Of a stretch of 32,000 bases of DNA, positions 16,434 to 25,062 are shown piece by piece. Origin of the DNA: Opitutales bacterium. GTDB lineage: Bacteria; Verrucomicrobiota; Verrucomicrobiia; Opitutales; PNEW01. How positions within the stretch are numbered: position 1 is the stretch's first letter; every line of letters begins with the position of its first letter. The notes beneath the pieces were generated by a model. That model ran no database searches and was not told the origin of the DNA. It saw nothing but the letters and a program-made list of their open reading frames with translations. A program made the translations under genes and the position numbers. The stretch is from contig CBDCNV010000002.1 of NCBI GenBank assembly GCA_965219535.1, positions 390,001-422,000 of the forward strand, given 5' to 3'.

Positions 16434-16468
16434 AAATCGCCAATCGAAAATCAGCAATCGGAAATCGC
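16434..16468 (-). repeat. Five tandem heptamers (AAATCGC CAATCGA AAATCAG CAATCGG AAATCGC on the + strand) 6 nt downstream of the TPP-enzyme stop codon
   Basis: Read directly from the sequence. In the sense of the minus-strand transcript the units read GCGATTT CCGATTG CTGATTT TCGATTG GCGATTT. Confidence 0.65.
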
Positions 16469-16474
16469 TAGCGC

Positions 16475-18148
16475 TCATTCCGGTGCCCACGCGCGAGGCG
16501 CAATACCATCGAGATGTGTTTTGACGTCGACAACGACTGGTCTACCGGCAGCAAAAGCCTGATCGAGCGCGCTTGAAAGTTCACTCGGTTTATTGACCGT
16601 AATTCCCAAACAGCCTATCGATTCAGCTATCTTGGCGAAGTCTGCATCGGGAAAGAGCCAGAGGTCATCAGAACCTGCGGTTTGCCCGCCATAAATATCT
16701 TCGACTCCTCCTTTTTCCTGGTTCAGTGAGTGATTGTTGTTAACGAGGGTAACAGTGTTTATCCCGTACTTTACCGCGGTTTCCAAGTCAGCGAGGTGGT
16801 ACCATATGCCGCCGTCACCCGTGAATAAAAGGACGGGGCGATCTGGTTGGGCACATTTAGCTCCCATCGCCGCGGGCAGACCCCAGCCCAGTGAGCCAGC
16901 ACAGCGGATAAAGGTCTGCTCGGGATGTTTAAGATCGATCATTGTGCCGGTCCAGACCCCCGAGTGGCCAGTGTCGGAAACGAGAATAGCGTCGGTGGGA
17001 AGGTAATCGGTCAGTTCGCGGCAAAGTCGTTCCGGAAGGATCGGCACGGTGTCCGAGTTGACCTTATCGTCAACGCTTTCTTTCCAGGTTTGAACCAATT
17101 CCTGCATGCGTTTGATCCATCCAGTGCGTGGCTCAGCTTTTTCAGCCAGCTCAATCATTTTGCGCAGCGTGTTTCTAACATCGCCCTGCATTCCCACTTT
17201 AATCGAATAATTACGGCCCAGTTCTTCCGCGTTAATATCGAGTTGGATGACCGGTGTTCCCTGAGGTGGGATGGTGTAACTGTTGGTGACCTGTCCACCG
17301 GTGTGGCTACCGATAAAGAAGACCAGGTCGGTTTCACAGAGTGTTTGGTTGGCGCAAGCCCGTGAATATAGACCGGGGACACCCACAGCCAGTGGATGAT
17401 CATAGGGAAACATGTTCTTCGCATTCAGGGAAGTAGCTACCGGAAGGGAGAGTTTCTCTGCCAGGGCTATCAATTCTGCGCGAGCGCCTGAGCTGGTTAC
17501 ACCCCCGCCAGCAACGATGACGGGACGTTCAGCCTGGTTAAGTAATTGGAGTGCTTCTGTAATTTTTTCACTCTCCGTTTCCGGACGCGAAGGAGGCACC
17601 CGGCTAAACATCTCTTCGATGATAACTTCCAAATCGGCCTCGTGATTTACGACCATTCCGCCTTCAAGTCCTTCCAGATTCAGATGGACGGGTCCGGGTG
17701 TCCCTGATGTTGCCGAACGGAATGCCTGGCGTAAATAGATGGGGAGTTGCTCTGGGTTTGATACGAAGGCGCTGTACTTGGTGACTGCCGAGAAGGGATT
17801 GACGTGATCGACTTCCTGGTAGGCATGGCGCTGCTGATTGATCTGATACTCCCGTCCGGTGATGGCAATGACTGGGGAGCAGGCGAGGTAGGCATCCTGT
17901 AACCCGGCAGCGAGATTGACCGCTCCCACTGATTGGGCCATACAGAGACCGGGGCTGCGGTTTACACGAGCGTAAGCATCGGCCATGTAGGCGGCTGCTT
18001 TTTCTCCGTGGGTTTGAATACGCTTTATCCCCAGTTTTTCCATTTCCATCAATGCCCGGGGTGCGATATAGGGCATATAAAAGACATGGGTTAACCCGTG
18101 ACCATGAAACGTATCGGCGATGAATTTAGCTCCAGTCATTTTAGTCAT
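16475..18148 (-). CDS. Thiamine-pyrophosphate-dependent enzyme (acetolactate synthase large-subunit-like family; substrate unknown)
   Basis: 557-aa ORF with a three-domain layout. The N-terminal Pyr domain contains GEKAAAYMADAYARV, and the TPP-binding motif is GDGGIWYHLADLETAVKYGINTVTLVNNN (GDG...NN). Confidence 0.85.
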   Translation of the reverse strand: MTKMTGAKFIADTFHGHGLTHVFYMPYIAPRALMEMEKLGIKRIQTHGEKAAAYMADAYARVNRSPGLCMAQSVGAVNLAAGLQDAYLACSPVIAITGREYQINQQRHAYQEVDHVNPFSAVTKYSAFVSNPEQLPIYLRQAFRSATSGTPGPVHLNLEGLEGGMVVNHEADLEVIIEEMFSRVPPSRPETESEKITEALQLLNQAERPVIVAGGGVTSSGARAELIALAEKLSLPVATSLNAKNMFPYDHPLAVGVPGLYSRACANQTLCETDLVFFIGSHTGGQVTNSYTIPPQGTPVIQLDINAEELGRNYSIKVGMQGDVRNTLRKMIELAEKAEPRTGWIKRMQELVQTWKESVDDKVNSDTVPILPERLCRELTDYLPTDAILVSDTGHSGVWTGTMIDLKHPEQTFIRCAGSLGWGLPAAMGAKCAQPDRPVLLFTGDGGIWYHLADLETAVKYGINTVTLVNNNHSLNQEKGGVEDIYGGQTAGSDDLWLFPDADFAKIAESIGCLGITVNKPSELSSALDQAFAAGRPVVVDVKTHLDGIAPRAWAPE

Positions 18149-18360
18149 AGTGTATACAGCTCCTAAATTTCTTGTGCCTGATTATGTCCTCAAAATGCTT
18201 TTGCTGGCAAATTATGTCTATCGGGATAGCTCGCCTATTTACGCTGCTTTCAGTTGGTGGTCAATGGAGAAGGGGGTATCAATCAGAAATGCATTTAAAG
18301 CATGGTCCTTTTGATAAAGAAAAAGGGATGTATTATGAAAATAATACTTAACAAAAAAAA

Positions 18361-18672
18361 TCACGTATCATGACTATAACCATTTATATTATAAAGGGTG
18401 TATTTGACCGTAAGTTCTTCACCATTTTTAATATCTCTGTTGGCTTCCATCCAAGTACAACCATCGCGTTCTACCTTCAAACAGTTTGGAGTGTCACTGT
18501 GATTAACGTAACCGCCGAGGGGAGTGCGTATCGCTCCATTCTCAAATCTACTATCCGGTATGTGAATAACACCTAACAGCTCGCCCCTTGGGATATCATC
18601 TTTGGCATAAATTCCAAATCCATGAATAGGGGACTCTTTAATCGTTAGGTTTTCAGGTAATGGTTTATACAT
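18361..18672 (-). CDS. Minimal SET-domain protein (putative lysine methyltransferase), 103 aa
   Basis: IKESPIHGFGIYAKDDIPRGELLG (GxG/SAM pocket), GGYVNHSDTPNC (NHSxxPN pseudoknot motif) and NGEELTVKY (ELxxxY). The protein is colinear by eye with the ~119-aa chlorovirus vSET as I remember it. Confidence 0.8.
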   Translation of the reverse strand: MYKPLPENLTIKESPIHGFGIYAKDDIPRGELLGVIHIPDSRFENGAIRTPLGGYVNHSDTPNCLKVERDGCTWMEANRDIKNGEELTVKYTLYNINGYSHDT

Positions 18673-18724
18673 GATTTATATTTCTACTCGCGGTAAATAA
18701 CCCAGTTATTGATCTACTCGTGGC

Positions 18725-19465
18725 TCATGTCCCCAAATGCTTTACGGTCTGATGTTCTAGCCAGGGGCTTTCGTAGGATTCGGCATACTCGACACCAGCT
18801 ACCCGTCCCTGCTCCATGCTCGTGGCTCGTAGCAAAGGCGGCCCTATCTCTTTGAGTTTTTCAGGTGAACAGGCCCAGGGGTTCCAGGTATGGAGGCAAG
18901 CTTCGATCTTCTGGTCGATTACATCCGAGATATCCACATAAGTGTCGGGGGTGCGATAGACCGGATGTTTTAGACTTTGTTCATTCGCGCTGAACCAGAT
19001 CGCCTTTGGCCTATGGGCTTCCTTCCCTGAGTGGACACGCCACGAGGGTGCCCGCTCTAACATGCGCGCAGCCTCACCATGGTCGAACCCGTAATGGGTC
19101 TCACGGAAAGGATAGTGAGAGCAAATTATGAGGTCGGGTTTGATGTCCTGTATGGATTCACCCAGCTCAAGCATATTATCTCGCGTCGCGATGAGGGGTG
19201 TGTCGCCAAAATCTAGAAATCGGTAGTCATTGACGCCAAGAACCGAAGCAGCCTTTTCACCATTTTCGCGGAGTGTTTGCCTGAGCTCGTCCCGGGATTT
19301 GCCGAGATAATGTTCAGTATGGACTTCCTCCCCGTAGGTCAGAGTCATCAGTATCACTTCGTCCCCCCGATTGACATGGTTGATCACGGTGCCCGCGTTA
19401 GCGGGAAAAGGATCTGAAGGGTGGGCGCCTATTACTAAAACTTTCATTTTTTCTTCGTTTGCCAT
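18725..19465 (-). CDS. PIG-L/LmbE family N-acetylglucosaminyl deacetylase
   Basis: 246-aa ORF. The N-terminal KVLVIGAHPSDPFPANAGTV...GDEVILMTLTYGE matches the AHPDD...G....G..V.....T.G signature of PF02585. Confidence 0.8.
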   Translation of the reverse strand: MANEEKMKVLVIGAHPSDPFPANAGTVINHVNRGDEVILMTLTYGEEVHTEHYLGKSRDELRQTLRENGEKAASVLGVNDYRFLDFGDTPLIATRDNMLELGESIQDIKPDLIICSHYPFRETHYGFDHGEAARMLERAPSWRVHSGKEAHRPKAIWFSANEQSLKHPVYRTPDTYVDISDVIDQKIEACLHTWNPWACSPEKLKEIGPPLLRATSMEQGRVAGVEYAESYESPWLEHQTVKHLGT

Positions 19466-19593
19466 ATTTACCTCCTAGTGCCGCAGTCTAAACAATAAGG
19501 TGCCAGCATTGTCAATGCGCTTCGATTATTTTCAGCTGATTATCCCGGGCGCCTAACGTGATCGCGTGGGCTGTACAGAATAGCCCTTATTCA

Positions 19594-22416
19594 TTAGCTT
19601 TCGATCCTAACTGCTTTCAAGCGTGGAGAGCCGCACCCATAAGGTGAAATGAGCGTCGCTTTGTATTGCAACCACGGGGCGTCAGATGGAATTCCTTCAA
19701 TTGTTTTACCTGACGATTCGTAAAATGACGCTTCCCCCTCTGGGCCCATCCAGGTAGCATTTTCCAAGCTGGCTTCTGTATCACCCCATCGGAGCTGGAA
19801 TTTTATTTTTAGAAGCTCTGTTTCTTTGCTGTCCCAATGGAGTCGGCGTGCCTTTCGATTACCCAGATTGTAGGCTGGGGAAATATAGTTTTCTTCGGGC
19901 TTCCGGGTGAAGCCGTTTCCCCGATCGAAACTTGTCATCCCGTGGGGGCCCAGACCGGGGAAACCGGATACTTTATTTTTATCAAATCCATCAGAGCTAT
20001 TCCAGTAAATCAACGAATCGACCTGGTGTCCAATATCGTTGCGATGACAGCCCAAAGCGATATCTATCCAGCCGTCCTGATTCAAATCTGCCTGGGTCAC
20101 AGCTCCAGCGGCATAGCCGGGAAGATCGACAGGATGGTCAAAATCAATCCTTTTTCCATTCCCGTAAAACAGCTGTGCCGGTGGTGTTCTCGATGTCGGG
20201 TTAGCATAGGCGGTTACCAAGATATCGAGATTGTCGTCGTTATTATAATCCGCGATACCCGTGAAGATTGCGCTGTATCCAGACATCAATTCCTGAATGT
20301 TATCTTCCTGGTAGCCATCAGGGCTTCCATAATGAATACGCAATGTGTCTTGATGGCGTCTGCGGTGGCCAAGGATGCCGACAATGATATCGAGCCACCC
20401 GTCATCGTTAATGTCGGCGACATTTACCCCTGCTGAATCTTCCAGGCCATGACAGGGCACTTCCCATTTCCGTTCCTTGGAAAATCCGTCAGCGTTGCCG
20501 AGATAGATGCGAATGAAGTTTCGCTTATCATGAAACAGGATATCAATATAGCCGTCGTTATTGACGTCGCCTACGGCACACTTATCTCCCCTATTGTACA
20601 ATGAATCTGAATCGCTTCTATCCGAAGAAAATCCGCTGGGGGACCCATAAAATATGGAAGAAGTAGTATCCGGGTCATTTTCGCCGAGGCCGGCGCCAAA
20701 CGCAACCGCAAGAATATCAAGATAACCATCCCGATTAAAATCAACCGCCTTCAGGTCGCCAATATGAAACTCATTTTCATAATTAATATCTGTGGATTCA
20801 TTCAATTTCGGCCCATTAGCTCCACCGCTGTAAATGCGAAATCCGTTTGAAATCGCAAAGACAACTTCGGGATATCCATCGCTATTCAAATCGGTAACGA
20901 GAGCTATCGAACTATGTCCATTTTGAAATTCGAGTCGATTGTCTTCACTGTAATCTGCATTTTTATTACCCAGATACACATAAGAGGGTATACTATGCAC
21001 ATGCCCATTGAGGACGTTATTGAAGATCACTTCCGGCTTCCCGTCTCCATCCAGGTCCCCAGCAGTGTTGCCCACGACCCCCATCGTATGCACCCAACTT
21101 GTCCGATCGTCAGAATACCCGTCCGGTCCATTCCAGTAGATAGGTGACTGAATATCGAATTCATTCCCGTCAAAGTTCTTACTGATGATCAGTTCCGGTA
21201 AACTATCCCCATCGAGATCAGCTGCCGTTACCCAACGAGAGTTTTTTACATCAATCAATGCTTTCATTTTCTCAACGCTATCTCCCGAGCGGATCTGCAC
21301 GCCATCGCTAGTGGCAATAAGCAGGTCCGGAATACCATCAGCATCTACATCGGCGATTTCAGCGCGAATAACTGAGCTGCTGAATTCTCCCGATTGGCCT
21401 TTCGCTCCAATAATGACGGGGTTCTCACGATCAATCTTACCGCTTTCATTCCAATAGAGGCGAACTTGAGCACTACCACAGAAGGTCAGATCTTTGCTCC
21501 CGTCTTGGTTCAGGTCCTCGATTATAACCTGACGAGCGCCATAAGTAGGTAGAGTTAAAGGTTCTTTGGCATTTACCCCCTCCGCGGTTCCCCAGAAAAT
21601 TTTAGATTCCGTATTTAAATCATTTTGGCCTTTCCGGTAACTGGCCAAAACAATATCCGCATACTCATCATTGTTCAGATCCCCGGTTGCGATGCCTAAA
21701 GCCCCTGTCGCTATCATTCCGTATCGCGCACCCTCATCATTAAACATACGGTTTTCACTTTGAATGTAGACATGAACTAATCGCGGTATCGCCGGATTGT
21801 GTCCGTCTATCCAAGCGGAGGGGAAGAGTAAGTCGAGTTTTCCATCGCCGTTAATATCAAGGGGTGTGACATCAAAGGCCCCGATTGTTGGCAAATCGGT
21901 TCTGCTCGCTTCCGGTCCCTCAGGACCTCCCCAATAAATATACGAATTTAATTCTGAAGAGACTCCGTTCTGGGAGTTCACGGTCACCAGGTCGTTATGT
22001 CCGTCACCGTCCACGTCGATAACCCGACTCATCCATCCGCTATCCGCGGACATTTCATGACGCTTCCAATTCTCTCCCGGACCCTGATCGGTTGAATACG
22101 CCCAGGTGGGACCGCGTTCAATTCTATCGTGGTCATTTGCAAGGACCAGGTCTACGTAACCGTCACTATTCACATCAAGATTATTAATCATCTCAATGAC
22201 GCCGTTGGCATTCACATAAAGATTGCCTCCCGCATTGTCGAATTGTCCTTTTGAAAATCCCTCAAGCCCGTTGTGGATCCAAACTTCCGGTCCTTCCATT
22301 GGCTCGGCATCTTTCTGTTTTTTGCCCATTGGGTAGAGTGGGCTGGCAATCAGAAACAGCATAATTAAAGCGCCTAGTGAAATTCGAATTGTATACAATT
22401 TATTACAATAGTTCAT
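19594..22416 (-). CDS. FG-GAP/VCBS-repeat (integrin-alpha-like beta-propeller) protein, membrane-anchored or secreted
   Basis: 940-aa ORF with an N-terminal hydrophobic segment ISLGALIMLFLIASPLY. It has more than 12 repeats of the D.N.DG..D(L/I) calcium-loop type (DVNSDGYVDLVLAN, DVDGDGHNDLVTV, DINGDGKLDLLF, DLDGDGKPEVIF, DVNNDGYIDILF, DINDDGWLDIIV...). Confidence 0.85.
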   Translation of the reverse strand: MNYCNKLYTIRISLGALIMLFLIASPLYPMGKKQKDAEPMEGPEVWIHNGLEGFSKGQFDNAGGNLYVNANGVIEMINNLDVNSDGYVDLVLANDHDRIERGPTWAYSTDQGPGENWKRHEMSADSGWMSRVIDVDGDGHNDLVTVNSQNGVSSELNSYIYWGGPEGPEASRTDLPTIGAFDVTPLDINGDGKLDLLFPSAWIDGHNPAIPRLVHVYIQSENRMFNDEGARYGMIATGALGIATGDLNNDEYADIVLASYRKGQNDLNTESKIFWGTAEGVNAKEPLTLPTYGARQVIIEDLNQDGSKDLTFCGSAQVRLYWNESGKIDRENPVIIGAKGQSGEFSSSVIRAEIADVDADGIPDLLIATSDGVQIRSGDSVEKMKALIDVKNSRWVTAADLDGDSLPELIISKNFDGNEFDIQSPIYWNGPDGYSDDRTSWVHTMGVVGNTAGDLDGDGKPEVIFNNVLNGHVHSIPSYVYLGNKNADYSEDNRLEFQNGHSSIALVTDLNSDGYPEVVFAISNGFRIYSGGANGPKLNESTDINYENEFHIGDLKAVDFNRDGYLDILAVAFGAGLGENDPDTTSSIFYGSPSGFSSDRSDSDSLYNRGDKCAVGDVNNDGYIDILFHDKRNFIRIYLGNADGFSKERKWEVPCHGLEDSAGVNVADINDDGWLDIIVGILGHRRRHQDTLRIHYGSPDGYQEDNIQELMSGYSAIFTGIADYNNDDNLDILVTAYANPTSRTPPAQLFYGNGKRIDFDHPVDLPGYAAGAVTQADLNQDGWIDIALGCHRNDIGHQVDSLIYWNSSDGFDKNKVSGFPGLGPHGMTSFDRGNGFTRKPEENYISPAYNLGNRKARRLHWDSKETELLKIKFQLRWGDTEASLENATWMGPEGEASFYESSGKTIEGIPSDAPWLQYKATLISPYGCGSPRLKAVRIES

Positions 22417-22641
22417 GATTCATATGATTGATGATTTGGTGAATGTCGGATTTCACCCTCGGCATGAATTACGGGTTGTCGAATGAAAAGATTTCTGAAG
22501 GGTCGCACGCCGTTGTGCAATTGCGTGACGATATCAACCGATCCAGGGTACTGTCAATTGATATACGAAGTATGGATAAATTCAATACCTCACAAATCGA
22601 ATATTATTTAGATAAGAATTATATTCAATAGTCGTTAGGCA

Positions 22642-22676
22642 CAATCCGCATTCTGCAATCCGACATCCGCAATCGT
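22642..22676 (-). repeat. Five tandem heptamers (CAATCCG CATTCTG CAATCCG ACATCCG CAATCGT on the + strand) ending 1 nt from the stop codon of the 749-aa gene
   Basis: Read directly from the sequence. In transcript sense the units are ACGATTG CGGATGT CGGATTG CAGAATG CGGATTG. This is the same motif family as 16434..16468 and 15328..15381. Confidence 0.65.
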
Positions 22677-22677
22677 C

Positions 22678-24927
22678 TCATTCAATAGTAATCTCTTCGA
22701 CCGTCACCGTGATCGCATCGCCATCTTCGTTGGCGAAGGTGGCATCGATACTCAGTGTCGGCTGAGGCGTTTCGTCAGATTTGAAGTTGTTCTGCGTGAT
22801 CAGGGTATCAAATCCGGTCGTCGTCGATCCACTCTCCGCTACCACGACTGCGGCACCGTTTGTCTGTGCTAAGTCACCACCCGTGATTCTCAAACCGGGA
22901 TTACCCGCGGGTACCGTGAAGGATCCCTCACCGAACAGAATGTGCGGTACTGCATCGCCATCGGCATCGATATCGCCAATCGTTAAACGTACCGCGATCG
23001 GAACGCCGCGCGCATCAACACCGACCTTGCCGGTGCTTCCACTGAAGACGGTGTTCGATAACTGCACCCCTCCAAGTCCCGTGGAGTTGGTTACTTCCAC
23101 GAGGGCCACATCCGCTTGTGCGTCATAGACCTGTCCCTCGGGGAACAGCGCCTGGTTAAAGGCGTTGATCTTGCCCACGGTGAAGATACTGAAGAAGGTA
23201 TTGGCGTCCGCTGAGTCGATGACCACGCTCGGCTTGCCCGTCACATACTCTACGGCCTGGTTGTAGCGTGGGGGGATGGCCGGGGGCAGAAAAGTGGCCG
23301 GGTCCAGGGTTACGGTAAAGGTACCATTACCTGAAAATTCTACCTGCACAATATCCTCGTTTTCGTCCATGAAGGAAACCCGTGTGATCTGTCCCGGTTT
23401 GGCCTGGAGTTGGACGAACTCTCCGGTGAGTAAAATCTGATCGAAGACGTTACCGTTGGCATGTTGGATGTTTTCTCCGGCGATATCGCCTGAACCGTCG
23501 AGAACGAGTGGCACCGGGGGAGCGGTTACGGTTATAACTGCGGTTTCACTGTCAGCACTGCCTCCAGCGTTTGTTACCTGCACCCAGAAGTTGGTACTCA
23601 CCGTGAGGGCACCGGTCGTTAAAGTGCCACTCGTTGCGCCGGTAACAGGGCTGGCGGTGTCACCGCTGTTACCGGTGTACCACTGGTAGGTAAGATCGTC
23701 ACCGCTCGCCGCGACGGACAAGGCAATCGCGGTGCCGGACTGTACTTCCTGGCTTATGGGTTGCGTCGTGATCGTGGGTGCGGGTGCGGGGGGCGGCTCT
23801 GTGGTACCGCTTCCGGGTGCACCGACCGGGGTAAATCCAATATCATCAATAACATTGTGCAGCACATTCCCTTGAAATGAGACTTCTTCCAAATTGAGAT
23901 AATGCATCTTAGCAATTCCCTCGGGCGCTCCCAATTCCGCTGCATTAAATGATAAATAATCAAAGGGCGCCTCAAAAAAGTGACTGATACTTTCAGGAAT
24001 GTCTTTAGTTGAAGTGATCAGGTTGTCATTGATGTCAAAAAGCTGTATTTCACCGTCTTCTTCGAGGAAAACAGCGGCGTAGAATTCTAATTTAGCGACC
24101 GGTGTCTCGAATTCGATTATGCCTATTCCCGTAGCCCCTGAAAAAGAAGCGTCCTCAACTCTCCAGACACCCGCGACGTCAGAACCACCACTGGGAATAG
24201 AATGCTGAAAAAACCCTCCACCTGAATTTGAGGCAATGCCCCCGGTAAAGTGCGCGGTGTAAGGAGGCGTACCGATAGTGAAATCAACCCTCGAAAAAGG
24301 GCTATTAAAATTCGGCTTTAAATGAGTACCTACATTTGTGAAATCTTCAAAAATGGTATTATTGGGAGGGCCCACCGTATAGGTGAAGCCAAGATCGTCG
24401 ATGACAGCCCGTTCATTCACATTTATTATTTTTATTTCTACAACACCACCCGTAAAGTTGAGGTCGGAAGGATCATTAATGTCACCACTGAAAGCGACAA
24501 AACTTTGCAGTGGGGGGTTAGCACCGGGGCTTATATTTGCAGGTAACCCTTCTATTGTCCCGTCAGGACTTAAAATAATACGATTTACCTCTCTAAGCTC
24601 TAAACGGCCACCACCCGTTGATTCACCTGCATAAAACTGGAGTAAATTGGCACCCCTTTCTAATATTATTAATCCTTCCTGACCCGCTTCAAGGACCAAT
24701 GCTTTTGTACCAGAATGGGCGAGGGCCGGGCTGTCTACCGTTTCCAGGGAAAACCCGATAACCCGGATCGTAAAAGGGGCAACACCCAGGGTGAAATCCG
24801 TTCCCGTGGCTGTTTCATTTTCGAAATCGAAAAAAGTTTCGAGATTTTCAGGTGCGGCCCGAAGGGCTAGCGAAATAAACAGCAATATTAATAAAACGGG
24901 GAAACTATTTCTTGTATGCATTTTCAT
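22678..24927 (-). CDS. Secreted multidomain protein of unknown function (2 x ~170-aa IDDxGFT-terminated modules, Ig-like domain, ~276-aa C-terminal domain paralogous to the 302-aa protein)
   Basis: 749-aa ORF with signal peptide MKMHTRNSFPVLLILLFISLALRAA. There is an internal duplication (aa ~27-185 and ~190-368) and a Pro-rich linker TTEPPPAPAP. An Ig-like segment follows (ITTQPISQEVQSGTAIALSVAASGDDLTYQWY...WVQVTNAGGSADSETAVITVT). The C-terminal domain spans nt 22681..23508. Confidence 0.8.
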   Translation of the reverse strand: MKMHTRNSFPVLLILLFISLALRAAPENLETFFDFENETATGTDFTLGVAPFTIRVIGFSLETVDSPALAHSGTKALVLEAGQEGLIILERGANLLQFYAGESTGGGRLELREVNRIILSPDGTIEGLPANISPGANPPLQSFVAFSGDINDPSDLNFTGGVVEIKIINVNERAVIDDLGFTYTVGPPNNTIFEDFTNVGTHLKPNFNSPFSRVDFTIGTPPYTAHFTGGIASNSGGGFFQHSIPSGGSDVAGVWRVEDASFSGATGIGIIEFETPVAKLEFYAAVFLEEDGEIQLFDINDNLITSTKDIPESISHFFEAPFDYLSFNAAELGAPEGIAKMHYLNLEEVSFQGNVLHNVIDDIGFTPVGAPGSGTTEPPPAPAPTITTQPISQEVQSGTAIALSVAASGDDLTYQWYTGNSGDTASPVTGATSGTLTTGALTVSTNFWVQVTNAGGSADSETAVITVTAPPVPLVLDGSGDIAGENIQHANGNVFDQILLTGEFVQLQAKPGQITRVSFMDENEDIVQVEFSGNGTFTVTLDPATFLPPAIPPRYNQAVEYVTGKPSVVIDSADANTFFSIFTVGKINAFNQALFPEGQVYDAQADVALVEVTNSTGLGGVQLSNTVFSGSTGKVGVDARGVPIAVRLTIGDIDADGDAVPHILFGEGSFTVPAGNPGLRITGGDLAQTNGAAVVVAESGSTTTGFDTLITQNNFKSDETPQPTLSIDATFANEDGDAITVTVEEITIE

Positions 24928-25062
24928 CCTATAACTAGAGTTATGATTTTTAAGTAAATGGCGGGAATGCTTGTAAAAAAGAGGAGATGTTATGACAAGC
25001 GGAATAAAAAAGAGTCTTAAATTCAGTGTTTTATCAATTAAAAAGTTCTTTTTTTCGATTTT

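Noticed and set aside
16475-18148. Whether the TPP enzyme is sulfoacetaldehyde acetyltransferase (Xsc), which would fit a sulfur-compound theme.
   Set aside because: The N-terminal and TPP-motif regions do not resemble the Xsc sequence as I remember it. Only the generic acetolactate-synthase-like fold is supported. The substrate is left open.
22443-22631. A 62-aa ORF upstream of the FG-GAP gene region.
   Set aside because: It lies in the intergenic region between two minus-strand genes. It has no motifs or coupling signals. Its composition is AT-rich like the surrounding non-coding DNA.
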